Assembly (NCBI GenBank): GCA_964016885.1
Contig: OZ024741.1
Location: 248,000,001-248,064,000, forward strand
Length of the DNA: 64,000 nt
DNA from: Eledone cirrhosa
Taxonomy: Eukaryota
Reading direction: 5' to 3'
Positions 11,362 to 25,609 of the stretch are shown here, piece by piece; the stretch's first letter is position 1; each line of letters starts with the position of its first letter. The notes under the pieces were generated by a model. That model made no database searches. It saw only the letters and a list, made by a program, of their open reading frames with translations, and was not told where the DNA came from. Made by a program: the position numbers and the translations under genes.

Positions 11362-14300
11362 CTGATTTTTTTTTTACAAATTATCTCCCCCTGATTTTTT
11401 TACAAATTATCTCCCCCTGATTTTTTTTACAAATTATATCCGCCTGATTTTTTTAAATATTATCTCTCCTTGGCTGGCGGGAAATTATCTCCCCTTGGAC
11501 GGCTGGAAATTATCTCCCCTTGGAAGGATGGAAATTATCTCCCCTTGGACGGCTAGAAATTATCTCTCTTTGGACGGCTGGAAATTATCACCCCTTGAGC
11601 TTTTTACAAATTATCTCCCCCTGATTTTTTTTACAAATCTCCCTGTGATTTTTAAAAAAAAATTATCTCCCCTTCGCTGGCTGGAAATTATCTCCCCTTG
11701 GACGCTGGAAATTATAGCCCCTTGGAGGGCTGGAAATTATCTTCCCTTGGACGGCTGGAAATTATCTCCCCTTGATTTTTTTTACAAATTATCTCCCCCT
11801 GATTTTTTTTTACAAATTATCTCCCCCTGATTTTTTTTACAACTTATCTGCGCCTGATTTTTTTTTAAAAATTATCTCCCCTTGGACGGCTGGAAATTAT
11901 CTCCCCTTGGACGGCTGGAAATTATCTCTCCTTGGACGGCTAGAATTTACCTCTCCTTGGACGGCTGAAAATTATCTCCCCTTGGACGGCTGGAAATTAT
12001 CTCCCCTTGATTTTTTTTACAAATTATCTCCCCCTGATTTTTTTTTACAAATTATCTCCCCCTGATTTTTTTTTACAAATTATCTCCCCCTGATTTTTTT
12101 TTACAAATTATCTACCCCTGATTTTTTTTTGCAAATTATCTCCCCTTGGCTGGCTGGAAATTATCTCCCCTTGGAGGCTGGAACTTATCTCCCCTTGGAC
12201 GGCTAGAAATTACCTCTCCTTGGACGGCTGGAAAATATGTCTCCTTGGACGGCTGGATATTATCTCCCCTTGGACGGCTGGAAATTATCTCCCCTTGGAC
12301 GGCTGAAAATTATCTCCCCTTGATTTTTTTTACAAATTATCTCCCCCTGATTTTTTTTTACAAATTATCTCCCCCTGATTTTTGTTTACAAATTATCTCC
12401 GCCTAATTTTTTTAAAAAATTATCTCCCCTTGGACGGCTGGAAATTATCTCCCCTTGGACGGATAGAAATTACCTCTCCTTGGACGGCTGAAAATTATCT
12501 CCCCTTTGACGGCTGGAAATTATCTCCCCTTGATTTTTTTACAAATTATCTGCCCCTGATTTTTTTTTTACAAATTATCTCCCCCTGATTTTTTTTTACA
12601 AATTATCTACCCCTGATTTTTTTTTACAAATTATCTCCCCCTGATTTTTTTTACAAATTATCTCCCCCTGATTTTTTTTTTACAAATTATCTCCCCCTGA
12701 TTTTTTTACAAATTATCTCCCCCTGATTTTTTTTATAAATTATCTCCGCCTGATTTTTTTAAATATTATCTCTCCTTGGCTGGCGGTAAATTATCTCCCC
12801 TTGGACGGCTGGAAATTATCTCCCCTTGGAAGGATGGAAATTATCTCCCCTTGGACGGCTGGAAATTATCTACCCCTGATTTTTTTTACAAATTATCTCC
12901 CCCTGATTTTTTTTACAAATTATCTCCCCCTGATTTTTTTTACAAATTATCTACCCCTGATTTTTTTTACAAATTATCTCCCCCTGATTTTTTTTACAAA
13001 TTATCTCCCCCTGATTTTTTTTTTACAAATTATCTCACCCTGATTTTTTTACAAATTATCTCCCCCTGATTTTTTTTACAAATTATCTCCGCCTGATTTT
13101 TTTAAATATTATCTTCCCTTGGCTGGCGGGAAATTATCTCCCCTTGAAGGGCTGAAAATTATCTCCCCTTGGACGGCTGGAAATTATCTCCCCTTGATTT
13201 TTTTTACAAATTATCTCCCCCTGATTTTTTTTTACAAATTATCTCCCCCTGATTTTTTTTACAAATTATCTCCCCCTGATTTTTTTTTACAAATTATCTG
13301 CCGCTGATTTTTTTTACAAATTATCTCCCCCTGATTTTTTTACAAATTATCTCCCCTTGGCTGGCTGGAAATTACCTCCCCTTGGAGGCTGGAATTTATC
13401 TCCCCTTGGACGGCTAGAAATTACCTCTCCTTGGACGGCTGGAAAATATGTCTCCTTGGACGGCTGGATATTATCTCCCCTTGGACGGCTGGAAATTATC
13501 TCCCCTTGGACGGCTGGAAATTATCTCCCCTTGGACGGATAGATATTACCTCCCCTTGGACGGCTGGAAATTATCTCCCCTTGATTTTTTTTACAAATTA
13601 TCTCCCCCTGATTTTTTTTTACAAATTATCTCCCCCTGATTTTTTTTTACAAATTATCTCCCCCTGATTTTTTTTTTACAAATTATCTCCGCTTGATTTT
13701 TTAAAAAAATTATCTCCCCTTGGACGGCTGGAAATTATCTCCCCATGGACGGCTGGAAATTATCTCCCCTTGGACGGCTAGAAATTATCTCTCCTTGGAC
13801 GGCTGAAAATTATCTCCCCTTGGACGGCTGCAAATTATCTCCCCTTGATTTTTTTTATAAATTATCTCCCCCTGATTTTTTTTACAAATTATCTCCCCCT
13901 GATTTTTTTTACAAATCTCCCAGTGATTTTTTTAAAAAAATTATCTCCCCTTGGACGGCTGGAAATTATCTCCCCTTGGACGGCTGGAAATTATCTCGCC
14001 TTGGACGGCTAGAATTTACCTCTCCTTGGACGGCTGAAAATTATCTCCCCTTGGACGGCTGGAAATTATCTCCCCTTGATTTTTTTTACAAATTATCTCC
14101 CCCTGATTTTTTTTTACAAATTATCTCCCCCTGATTTTTTTTTACAAATTATCTCCCCCTGATTTTTTTTTACAAATTATCTCCCCCTGATTTTTTTTAC
14201 AAATTATCTCCCCCCTGATTTTTTTACAAATTATCTCCCCTTGGCTGGCTGGAAATTATCTCCCCTTGGAGGCTGGAACTTATCTCCCCTTGGACGGCTA

Positions 14301-17300
14301 GAAATTATCTCTCTTTGGACGGCTGGAAATTATCACCCCTTGAGTTTTTTACAAATTATCTCCCCCTGATTTTTTTTACAAATCTCCCAGTGATTTTTAA
14401 AAAAAAATTATCTCCCCTTCGCTGGCTGGAAATTATCTCCCCTTGGACGCTGGAAATTATAGCCCCTTGGAGGGCTTGAAATTATCTTCCCTTGGACGGC
14501 TGGAAATTATCTCTCCTTGGACGGCTAGAATTTACCTCTCCTTGGACGGCTGAAAATTATCTCCCCTTGGACGGCTGGAAATTATCTCCCCTTGATTTTT
14601 TTTACAAATTATCTCCCCCTGATTTTTTTTTACGAATTATCTCCCCCTGATTTTTTTTTACAAATTATCTCCCCCTGATTTTTTTTTACAAATTATCTCC
14701 CCCTGATTTTTTTTACAAATTATCTCCCTCTGATTTTTTTACAAATTATCTCCCCTTGGCTGGCTGGAAATTATCTCCCCTAGGAGGCTGGAACTTATCT
14801 CCCCTTGGACGGCTAGAAATTACCTCTCTTTGGACGGCTGGAAAATATGTATCCTTGGACGGCTGGATATTATCTCCCCTTGGACGGCTGGAAATTATCT
14901 CCCCTTGGACGGCTGGAAATTATCTCCCCTTGGATGGCTAGATATTACCTCCCCTTGGACGGCTGGAAATTATCTCCCCTTGATTTTTTTTACAAATTAT
15001 CTCCCCCTGATTTTTTTTTACAAATTATCTCCCCCGATTTTTTTTTACAAATTATCTCCCCCTGATTTTTTTTTACAAATTATCTCCCCCTGATTTTTGT
15101 TTACAAATTATCTCCCCTTGGACGGCTGGAAATTATCTCCCCTTGGACGGCTAGAAATTACCTCTCCTTGGACGGCTGAAAATTATCCTCCCTTGGACGG
15201 CTGGAAATTATCTCCCCTTGATTTTTTTACAAATTATCTCCCCCTGATTTTTTTTTTACAAATTATCTCCCCCTGATTTTTTTTTACAAATTATCTCCCC
15301 CTGATTTTTTTTTACAAATTATCTCCCCCGATTTTTTTTTACAAATTATCTACCCCTGATTTTTTTTTACAAATTATCTCCCCCTGATTTTTTTTACAAA
15401 TTATCTCCCACTGATTTTTTTTTTACAAATTATCTCCCCCTGATTTTTTTACAAATTATCTCCCCCTGATTTTTTTTACAAATTATATCCGCCTGATTTT
15501 TTTAAATATTATCTCTCCTTGGCTGGCGGGAAATTATCTCCCCTTGGACGGCTGGAAATTATCTCCCCTTGGAAGGATGGAAATTATCTCCCCTTGGACG
15601 GCTGGAAGTTATCTACCCCTGATTTTTTTTACAAATTATCTCCCCCTGATTTTTTTTACAAATTATCATCCCCTGATTTTTTTTTTACAAATTATCTCCC
15701 TCTGATTTTTTTACAAATTATCTCCCCCTGATTTTTTTTACAAATTATCTCCGCCTGATTTTTTAAAATATTATCTTACCTTGGCTGGCAGGAAATTATC
15801 TCCCCTTGGACGGCTGAAAATTATCTCCCCTTGGACGGCTGGAAATTATCTCCCCTTGATTTTTTTTACAAATTATCTCCCCCTGATTTTTTTTTACAAA
15901 TTATCTCCCCCTGATTTTTTTTACAAATTATCTCCCCCCTGATTTTTTTACAAATTATCTCCCCTTGGCTGGCTGGAAATTATCTCCCCTTGGAGGCTGG
16001 AACTTATCTCCCCTTGGACGGCTAGAAATTACCTCTCCTTGGACGGCTGGAAAATATGTCTCCTTGGACGGCTGGATATTATCTCCCCTTGGACGGCTGG
16101 AAATTATCTCCCCTTGGACGGCTGGAAATTATCTCCCCTTGGATGGCTAGATATTACCTCCCCTTGGACGGCTGGAAATTATCTCCCTTTGATTTTTTTT
16201 ACAAATTATCTCCCCCTGATTTTTTTTTACAAATTATCTCCCCCTGATTTTTTTTTACAAATTATCTCCCCCTGATTTTTGTTTACAAATTATCTCCGCC
16301 TGATTTTTTTTTAAAAATTATCTCCCCTTGGACGGCTGGAAATTATCTCCCCTTGGACGGCTAGAAATTACCTCTCCTTGGACGGCTGAAAATTATCTCC
16401 CCTTGGACGGCTGGAAATTATCTCCCCTTGATTTTTTTACAAATTATCTCCCCCTGATTTTTTTTTTACAAATTATCTCCCCCTGATTTTTTTTTACAAA
16501 TTATCTACCCCTGATTTTTTTTTACAAATTATCTCCCCCTGATTTTTTTACAAATTATCTCCCCCTGATTTTTTTTTTACAAATTATCTCCCCCTGATTT
16601 TTTTACAAATTATCTCCCCCTGATTTTTTTTACAAATTATATCCGCCTGATTTTTTTAAATATTATCTCTCCTTGGCTGGCGGGAAATTATCTCCCCTTG
16701 GACGGCTGGAAATTATCTCCCCTTGGAAGGATGGAAATTATCTCCCCTTGGACGGCTAGAAATTATCTCTCTTTGGACGGCTGGAAATTATCACCCCTTG
16801 AGCTTTTTACAAATTATCTCCCCCTGATTTTTTTTACAAATCTCCCTGTGATTTTTAAAAAAAAATTATCTCCCCTTCGCTGGCTGGAAATTATCTCCCC
16901 TTGGACGCTGGAAATTATAGCCCCTTGGAGGGCTGGAAATTATCTTCCCTTGGACGGCTGGAAATTATCTCCCCTTGATTTTTTTTACAAATTATCTCCC
17001 CCTGATTTTTTTTTACAAATTATCTCCCCCTGATTTTTTTTACAACTTATCTGCGCCTGATTTTTTTTTAAAAATTATCTCCCCTTGGACGGCTGGAAAT
17101 TATCTCCCCTTGGACGGCTGGAAATTATCTCTCCTTGGACGGCTAGAATTTACCTCTCCTTGGACGGCTGAAAATTATCTCCCCTTGGACGGCTGGAAAT
17201 TATCTCCCCTTGATTTTTTTTACAAATTATCTCCCCCTGATTTTTTTTTACAAATTATCTCCCCCTGATTTTTTTTTACAAATTATCTCCCCCTGATTTT

Positions 17301-20300
17301 TTTTTACAAATTATCTACCCCTGATTTTTTTTTGCAAATTATCTCCCCTTGGCTGGCTGGAAATTATCTCCCCTTGGAGGCTGGAACTTATCTCCCCTTG
17401 GACGGCTAGAAATTACCTCTCCTTGGACGGCTGGAAAATATGTCTCCTTGGACGGCTGGATATTATCTCCCCTTGGACGGCTGGAAATTATCTCCCCTTG
17501 GACGGCTGAAAATTATCTCCCCTTGATTTTTTTTACAAATTATCTCCCCCTGATTTTTTTTTACAAATTATCTCCCCCTGATTTTTGTTTACAAATTATC
17601 TCCGCCTAATTTTTTTAAAAAATTATCTCCCCTTGGACGGCTGGAAATTATCTCCCCTTGGACGGATAGAAATTACCTCTCCTTGGACGGCTGAAAATTA
17701 TCTCCCCTTTGACGGCTGGAAATTATCTCCCCTTGATTTTTTTACAAATTATCTGCCCCTGATTTTTTTTTTACAAATTATCTCCCCCTGATTTTTTTTT
17801 ACAAATTATCTACCCCTGATTTTTTTTTACAAATTATCTCCCCCTGATTTTTTTTACAAATTATCTCCCCCTGATTTTTTTTTTACAAATTATCTCCCCC
17901 TGATTTTTTTACAAATTATCTCCCCCTGATTTTTTTTATAAATTATCTCCGCCTGATTTTTTTAAATATTATCTCTCCTTGGCTGGCGGGAAATTATCTC
18001 CCCTTGGACGGCTGGAAATTATCTCCCCTTGGAAGGATGGAAATTATCTCCCCTTGGACGGCTGGAAATTATCTACCCCTGATTTTTTTTACAAATTATC
18101 TCCCCCTGATTTTTTTTACAAATTATCTCCCCCTGATTTTTTTTACAAATTATCTACCCCTGATTTTTTTTACAAATTATCTCCCCCTGATTTTTTTTAC
18201 AAATTATCTCCCCCTGATTTTTTTTTTACAAATTATCTCACCCTGATTTTTTTACAAATTATCTCCCCCTGATTTTTTTTACAAATTATCTCCGCCTGAT
18301 TTTTTTAAATATTATCTTCCCTTGGCTGGCGGGAAATTATCTCCCCTTGAAGGGCTGAAAATTATCTCCCCTTGGACGGCTGGAAATTATCTCCCCTTGA
18401 TTTTTTTTACAAATTATCTCCCCCTGATTTTTTTTTACAAATTATCTCCCCCTGATTTTTTTTACAAATTATCTCCCCCTGATTTTTTTTTACAAATTAT
18501 CTGCCGCTGATTTTTTTTACAAATTATCTCCCCCTGATTTTTTTACAAATTATCTCCCCTTGGCTGGCTGGAAATTACCTCCCCTTGGAGGCTGGAATTT
18601 ATCTCCCCTTGGACGGCTAGAAATTACCTCTCCTTGGACGGCTGGAAAATATGTCTCCTTGGACGGCTGGATATTATCTCCCCTTGGACGGCTGGAAATT
18701 ATCTCCCCTTGGACGGCTGGAAATTATCTCCCCTTGGACGGATAGATATTACCTCCCCTTGGACGGCTGGAAATTATCTCCCCTTGATTTTTTTTACAAA
18801 TTATCTCCCCCTGATTTTTTTTTACAAATTATCTCCCCCTGATTTTTTTTTACAAATTATCTCCCCCTGATTTTTTTTTTACAAATTATCTCCGCTTGAT
18901 TTTTTAAAAAAATTATCTCCCCTTGGACGGCTGGAAATTATCTCCCCATGGACGGCTGGAAATTATCTCCCCTTGGACGGCTAGAAATTATCTCTCCTTG
19001 GACGGCTGAAAATTATCTCCCCTTGGACGGCTGCAAATTATCTCCCCTTGATTTTTTTTATAAATTATCTCCCCCTGATTTTTTTTACAAATTATCTCCC
19101 CCTGATTTTTTTTACAAATCTCCCAGTGATTTTTTTAAAAAAATTATCTCCCCTTGGACGGCTGGAAATTATCTCCCCTTGGACGGCTGGAAATTATCTC
19201 GCCTTGGACGGCTAGAATTTACCTCTCCTTGGACGGCTGAAAATTATCTCCCCTTGGACGGCTGGAAATTATCTCCCCTTGATTTTTTTTACAAATTATC
19301 TCCCCCTGATTTTTTTTTACAAATTATCTCCCCCTGATTTTTTTTTACAAATTATCTCCCCCTGATTTTTTTTTACAAATTATCTCCCCCTGATTTTTTT
19401 TACAAATTATCTCCCCCCTGATTTTTTTACAAATTATCTCCCCTTGGCTGGCTGGAAATTATCTCCCCTTGGAGGCTGGAACTTATCTCCCCTTGGACGG
19501 CTAGAAATTATCTCTCTTTGGACGGCTGGAAATTATCACCCCTTGAGTTTTTTACAAATTATCTCCCCCTGATTTTTTTTACAAATCTCCCAGTGATTTT
19601 TAAAAAAAAATTATCTCCCCTTCGCTGGCTGGAAATTATCTCCCCTTGGACGCTGGAAATTATAGCCCCTTGGAGGGCTTGAAATTATCTTCCCTTGGAC
19701 GGCTGGAAATTATCTCTCCTTGGACGGCTAGAATTTACCTCTCCTTGGACGGCTGAAAATTATCTCCCCTTGGACGGCTGGAAATTATCTCCCCTTGATT
19801 TTTTTTACAAATTATCTCCCCCTGATTTTTTTTTACGAATTATCTCCCCCTGATTTTTTTTTACAAATTATCTCCCCCTGATTTTTTTTTACAAATTATC
19901 TCCCCCTGATTTTTTTTACAAATTATCTCCCTCTGATTTTTTTACAAATTATCTCCCCTTGGCTGGCTGGAAATTATCTCCCCTAGGAGGCTGGAACTTA
20001 TCTCCCCTTGGACGGCTAGAAATTACCTCTCTTTGGACGGCTGGAAAATATGTATCCTTGGACGGCTGGATATTATCTCCCCTTGGACGGCTGGAAATTA
20101 TCTCCCCTTGGACGGCTGGAAATTATCTCCCCTTGGATGGCTAGATATTACCTCCCCTTGGACGGCTGGAAATTATCTCCCCTTGATTTTTTTTACAAAT
20201 TATCTCCCCCTGATTTTTTTTTACAAATTATCTCCCCCGATTTTTTTTTACAAATTATCTCCCCCTGATTTTTTTTTACAAATTATCTCCCCCTGATTTT

Positions 20301-21767
20301 TGTTTACAAATTATCTCCCCTTGGACGGCTGGAAATTATCTCCCCTTGGACGGCTAGAAATTACCTCTCCTTGGACGGCTGAAAATTATCCTCCCTTGGA
20401 CGGCTGGAAATTATCTCCCCTTGATTTTTTTACAAATTATCTCCCCCTGATTTTTTTTTTACAAATTATCTCCCCCTGATTTTTTTTTACAAATTATCTC
20501 CCCCTGATTTTTTTTTACAAATTATCTCCCCCGATTTTTTTTTACAAATTATCTACCCCTGATTTTTTTTTACAAATTATCTCCCCCTGATTTTTTTTAC
20601 AAATTATCTCCCACTGATTTTTTTTTTACAAATTATCTCCCCCTGATTTTTTTACAAATTATCTCCCCCTGATTTTTTTTACAAATTATATCCGCCTGAT
20701 TTTTTTAAATATTATCTCTCCTTGGCTGGCGGGAAATTATCTCCCCTTGGACGGCTGGAAATTATCTCCCCTTGGAAGGATGGAAATTATCTCCCCTTGG
20801 ACGGCTGGAAGTTATCTACCCCTGATTTTTTTTACAAATTATCTCCCCCTGATTTTTTTTACAAATTATCATCCCCTGATTTTTTTTTTACAAATTATCT
20901 CCCTCTGATTTTTTTACAAATTATCTCCCCCTGATTTTTTTTACAAATTATCTCCGCCTGATTTTTTAAAATATTATCTTACCTTGGCTGGCAGGAAATT
21001 ATCTCCCCTTGGACGGCTGAAAATTATCTCCCCTTGGACGGCTGGAAATTATCTCCCCTTGATTTTTTTTACAAATTATCTCCCCCTGATTTTTTTTTAC
21101 AAATTATCTCCCCCTGATTTTTTTTACAAATTATCTCCCCCCTGATTTTTTTACAAATTATCTCCCCTTGGCTGGCTGGAAATTATCTCCCCTTGGAGGC
21201 TGGAACTTATCTCCCCTTGGACGGCTAGAAATTACCTCTCCTTGGACGGCTGGAAAATATGTCTCCTTGGACGGCTGGATATTATCTCCCCTTGGACGGC
21301 TGGAAATTATCTCCCCTTGGACGGCTGGAAATTATCTCCCCTTGGATGGCTAGATATTACCTCCCCTTGGACGGCTGGAAATTATCTCCCTTTGATTTTT
21401 TTTACAAATTATCTCCCCCTGATTTTTTTTTACAAATTATCTCCCCCTGATTTTTTTTTACAAATTATCTCCCCCTGATTTTTGTTTACAAATTATCTCC
21501 GCCTGATTTTTTTTTAAAAATTATCTCCCCTTGGACGGCTGGAAATTATCTCCCCTTGGACGGCTAGAAATTACCTCTCCTTGGACGGCTGAAAATTATC
21601 TCCCCTTGGACGGCTGGAAATTATCTCCCCTTGATTTTTTTACAAATTATCTCCCCCTGATTTTTTTTTTACAAATTATCTCCCCCTGATTTTTTTTTAC
21701 AAATTATCTACCCCTGATTTTTTTTTACAAATTATCTCCCCCTGATTTTTTTACAAATTATCTCCCC
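11362..21767 (+). repeat. Near-perfect tandem duplication, 2 x 5,203 bp (11362-16564; 16565-21767)
   Basis: Constant offset of 5,203 for ORF pairs 11495/16698 through 15965/21168. Private variants are shared at 12131/17334, 14851/20054, 15608/20811 and 15790/20993. Confidence 0.95.
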
Positions 21768-22299
21768 CTGATTTTTTTTTACAAATTATCTCCCCCTGAT
21801 TTTTTTACAAATTATCTCCCCCTGATTTTTTTTACAAATTATCTCCGCCTGATTTTTTTAAATATTATCTCTCCTTGGCTGGCGGGAAATTATCTCCCCT
21901 TGGACGGCTGGAAATTATCTCCCCTTGGAAGGATGGAAATTATCTCCCCTTGGACGGCTAGAAATTATCTCTCTTTGGACGGCTGGAAATTATCACCCCT
22001 TGAGTTTTTTACAAATTATCTCCCCCTGATTTTTTTTACAAATCTCCCAGTGATTTTTAAAAAAAAATTATCTCCCCTTCGCTGGCTGGAAATTATCTCC
22101 CCTTGGACGCTGGAAATTATAGCCCCTTGGAGGGCTTGAAATTATCTTCCCTTGGACGGCTGGAAATTATCTCCCCTTGATTTTTTTTTACAAATTATCT
22201 CCCCCTGATTTTTTTTTACAAATTATCTCCCCCTGATTTTTTTTTACAACTTATCTGCGCCAGATTTTTTTAAAAAAATTATCTCCCCTTGGACGGCTG

Positions 22300-24705
22300 G
22301 AAATTATCTCCCCTTGGACGGCTGGAAATTATCTCTCCTTGGACGGCTAGAATTTACCTCTCCTTGGACGGCTGAAAATTATCTCCCCTTGGACGGCTGG
22401 AAATTATCTCCCCTTGATTTTTTTTACAAATTATCTCCCCCTGATTTTTTTTTACGAATTATCTCCCCCTGATTTTTTTTTACAAATTATCTCCCCCTGA
22501 TTTTTTTTTACAAATTATCTCCCCCTGATTTTTTTTACAAATTATCTCCCTCTGATTTTTTTACAAATTATCTCCCCTTGGCTGGCTGGAAATTATCTCC
22601 CCTAGGAGGCTGGAACTTATCTCCCCTTGGACGGCTAGAAATTACCTCTCTTTGGACGGCTGGAAAATATGTCTCCTTGGACGGCTGGATATTATCTCCC
22701 CTTGGACGGCTGGAAATTATCTCCCCTTGGACGGCTGGAAATTATCTCCCCTTGGATGGCTAGATATTACCTCCCCTTGAACGGCTGGAAATTATCTCCC
22801 CTTGATTTTTTTTTACAAATTATCTCCCCCTGATTTTTTTTTACAAATTATCTCCCCCGATTTTTTTTTACAAATTATCTCTCCCTGATTTTTTTTTACA
22901 AATTATCTCCCCCTGATTTTTGTTTACAAATTATCTCCCCTTGGACGGCTGGAAATTATCTCCCCTTGGACGGCTAGAAATTACCTCTCCTTGGACGGCT
23001 GAAAATTATCCTCCCTTGGACGGCTGGAAATTATCTCCCCTTGATTTTTTTACAAATTATCTCCCCCTGATTTTTTTTTTACAAATTATCTCACCCTGAT
23101 TTTTTTTACAAATTATCTACCCCTGATTTTTTTTTACAAATTATCTCCCCCTGATTTTTTTTACAAATTATCTCCCACTGATTTTTTTTTTACAAATTAT
23201 CTCCCCCTGATTTTTTTACAAATTATCTCCCCCTGATTTTTTTTACAAATTATATCCGCCTGATTTTTTTAAATATTATCTCTCCTTGGCTGGCGGGAAA
23301 TTATCTCCCCTTGGACGGCTGGAAATTATCTCCCCTTGGAAGGATGGAAATTATCTCCCCTTGGACGGCTGGAAATTATCTACCCCTGATTTTTTTTACA
23401 AATTATCTCCCCCTGATTTTTTTTACAAATTATCTCCCCCTGATTTTTTTTTTACAAATTATCTCCCCCTGATTTTTTTACAAATTATCTCCCCCTGATT
23501 TTTTTTACAAATTATCTCCGCCTGATTTTTTAAAATATTATCTTACCTTGGCTGGCGGGAAATTATCTCCCCTTGGACGGCTGAAAATTATCTCCCCTTG
23601 GACGGCTGGAAATTATCTCCCCTTGATTTTTTTTACAAATTATCTCCCCCTGATTTTTTTTTACAAATTATCTCCCCCTGATTTTAAAAAAAAAATTATC
23701 TCCCCTTCGCTGGCTGGAAATTATCTCCCCTTGGACGCTGGAAATTATAGCCCCTTGGAGGGCTGGAAATTATCTTCCCTTGGACGGCTGGAAATTATCT
23801 CCCCTTGATTTTTTTTTACAAATTATCTCCCCCTGATTTTTTTTTACAAATTATCTCCCCCTGATTTTTTTTTACAAATTATCTCCCCCTGATTTTTTTT
23901 TTACAAATTATCTCCGCCTGATTTTTTTTTAAAAATTATCTCCCCTTGGACGGCTGGAAATTATCTCCCCTTGGACGGCTGGAAATTATCTCCCCTTGGA
24001 CGGCTAGAAATTATCTCTCCTTGGACGGCTGAAAATTATCTCCCCTTGGACGGCTGCAAATTATCTCCCCTTGATTTTTTTTACAAATTATCTCCCCCTG
24101 ATTTTTTTTACAAATTATCTCCCCCTGATTTTTTTTACAAATTATCTACCCCTGATTTTTTTTACAAATTATCTCCCCCTGATTTTTTTTTACAAATTAT
24201 CTCCCCCTGATTTTTTTTTACAAATTATCTCCCCCTGATTTTTTTACAAATTATCTCCCCCTGATTTTTTTTACAATCTCCGCCTGATTTTTTTAAAAAT
24301 TATCTTCCCTTGGCTGGCGGGAAATTATCTCCCCTTGGACGGCTGGAAATTATCTCCCCTTGGAAGGATGGAAATTATCTCCCCTTGGACGGCTGGAAAT
24401 TATCTCCCCTTGCACGGCTGGAAATTATCTCCCCTTGGCTGGAAATTATCTCCCCTTGGACGGCTAGAAATTATCTCTCTTTGGACGGCTGGAAATTATC
24501 TCCCTTTGATTTTTTTTACAAATTATCTCCCTCTGATTTTTTTTACAAATCTCCCCCTGATTTTTTAAAAAAAATTATCTCCCCTTCGCTGGCTGGAAAT
24601 TATCTCCCCTTGGACACTGGAAATTATAGCCCCTTGGAGGGCTGGAAATTATCTTCTCTTGGACGGCTGGAAATTATCTCCCCTTGATTTTTTTTACAAA
24701 TTATC
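22300..24705 (+). repeat. Dispersed copy of about 6010-8445 (offset 16,288, then 16,260 after loss of one B monomer)
   Basis: ORF pairs 6290/22578, 6998/23286, 7260/23548, 7683/23971 and 8050/24310. Confidence 0.85.
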
Positions 24706-25609
24706 TCCGCCTGATTTTTTTTTTAAATTATCTCTCCTTGGACGGCTGCAAATTATCTCCCCTTGATTTTTTTTACAAATTATCTCCCCCTGATTTTTTT
24801 TACAAATTATCTCCCACTGATTTTTTTTTACAAATTATCTACCCCTGATTTTTTTTTACAAATTATCTCCCCCTGATTTTTTTTACAAATTATCTCACCC
24901 TGATTTTTCTTTTACAAATTATCTCCCCCTGATTTTTTTACAAATTATCTCCCCCTGATTTTTTTACAAATTATCTCCGCCTGATTTTTTTAAATATTAT
25001 CTTCCCTTGGCTGGCGGGAAATTATCTCCCCTTGGACGGCTGGAAATTATCTGCCCTTGATTTTCTTTTTACAAAATATCTTCCACTGATTTTTTTTACA
25101 AATTATCTCCACCTGATTTTTTAAAAAATTATCTCCCCTTGGAAGGCTGGAAATTATCTCCCCTTGGCTGGAAATTATCTCCCCTTGGAAGGCTAGAAAT
25201 TATCTCTCTTTGGACGGCTGGAAATTATCACCCCTTGAGTTTTTTTACAAATTATCTCCCCCTGATTTTTTTTACAAATCTCCCAGTGATATTTAAAAAA
25301 AAATTATCTCCCCTTCGCTGGCTGGAAATTATCTCCCCTTGGACGCTGGAAATTATAGCCCCTTGGAGGGCTGGAAATTATCTTCCCTTGGACGGCTGGA
25401 AATTATCTCCCCTTGATTTTTTTTACAAATTATCCCTCCCTGATTTTTTTTACAAATTATCTCCCCCTGATTTTTTTGACAACTTATCTGCGCCTGATTT
25501 TTTTTTAAAAATTATCTCCCCTTGGACGGCTGGAAATTATCTCCCCTTGGACGGCTGGAAATTATCTCTCCTTGGACGGCTAGAATTTACCTCTCCTTGG
25601 ACGGCTGAA

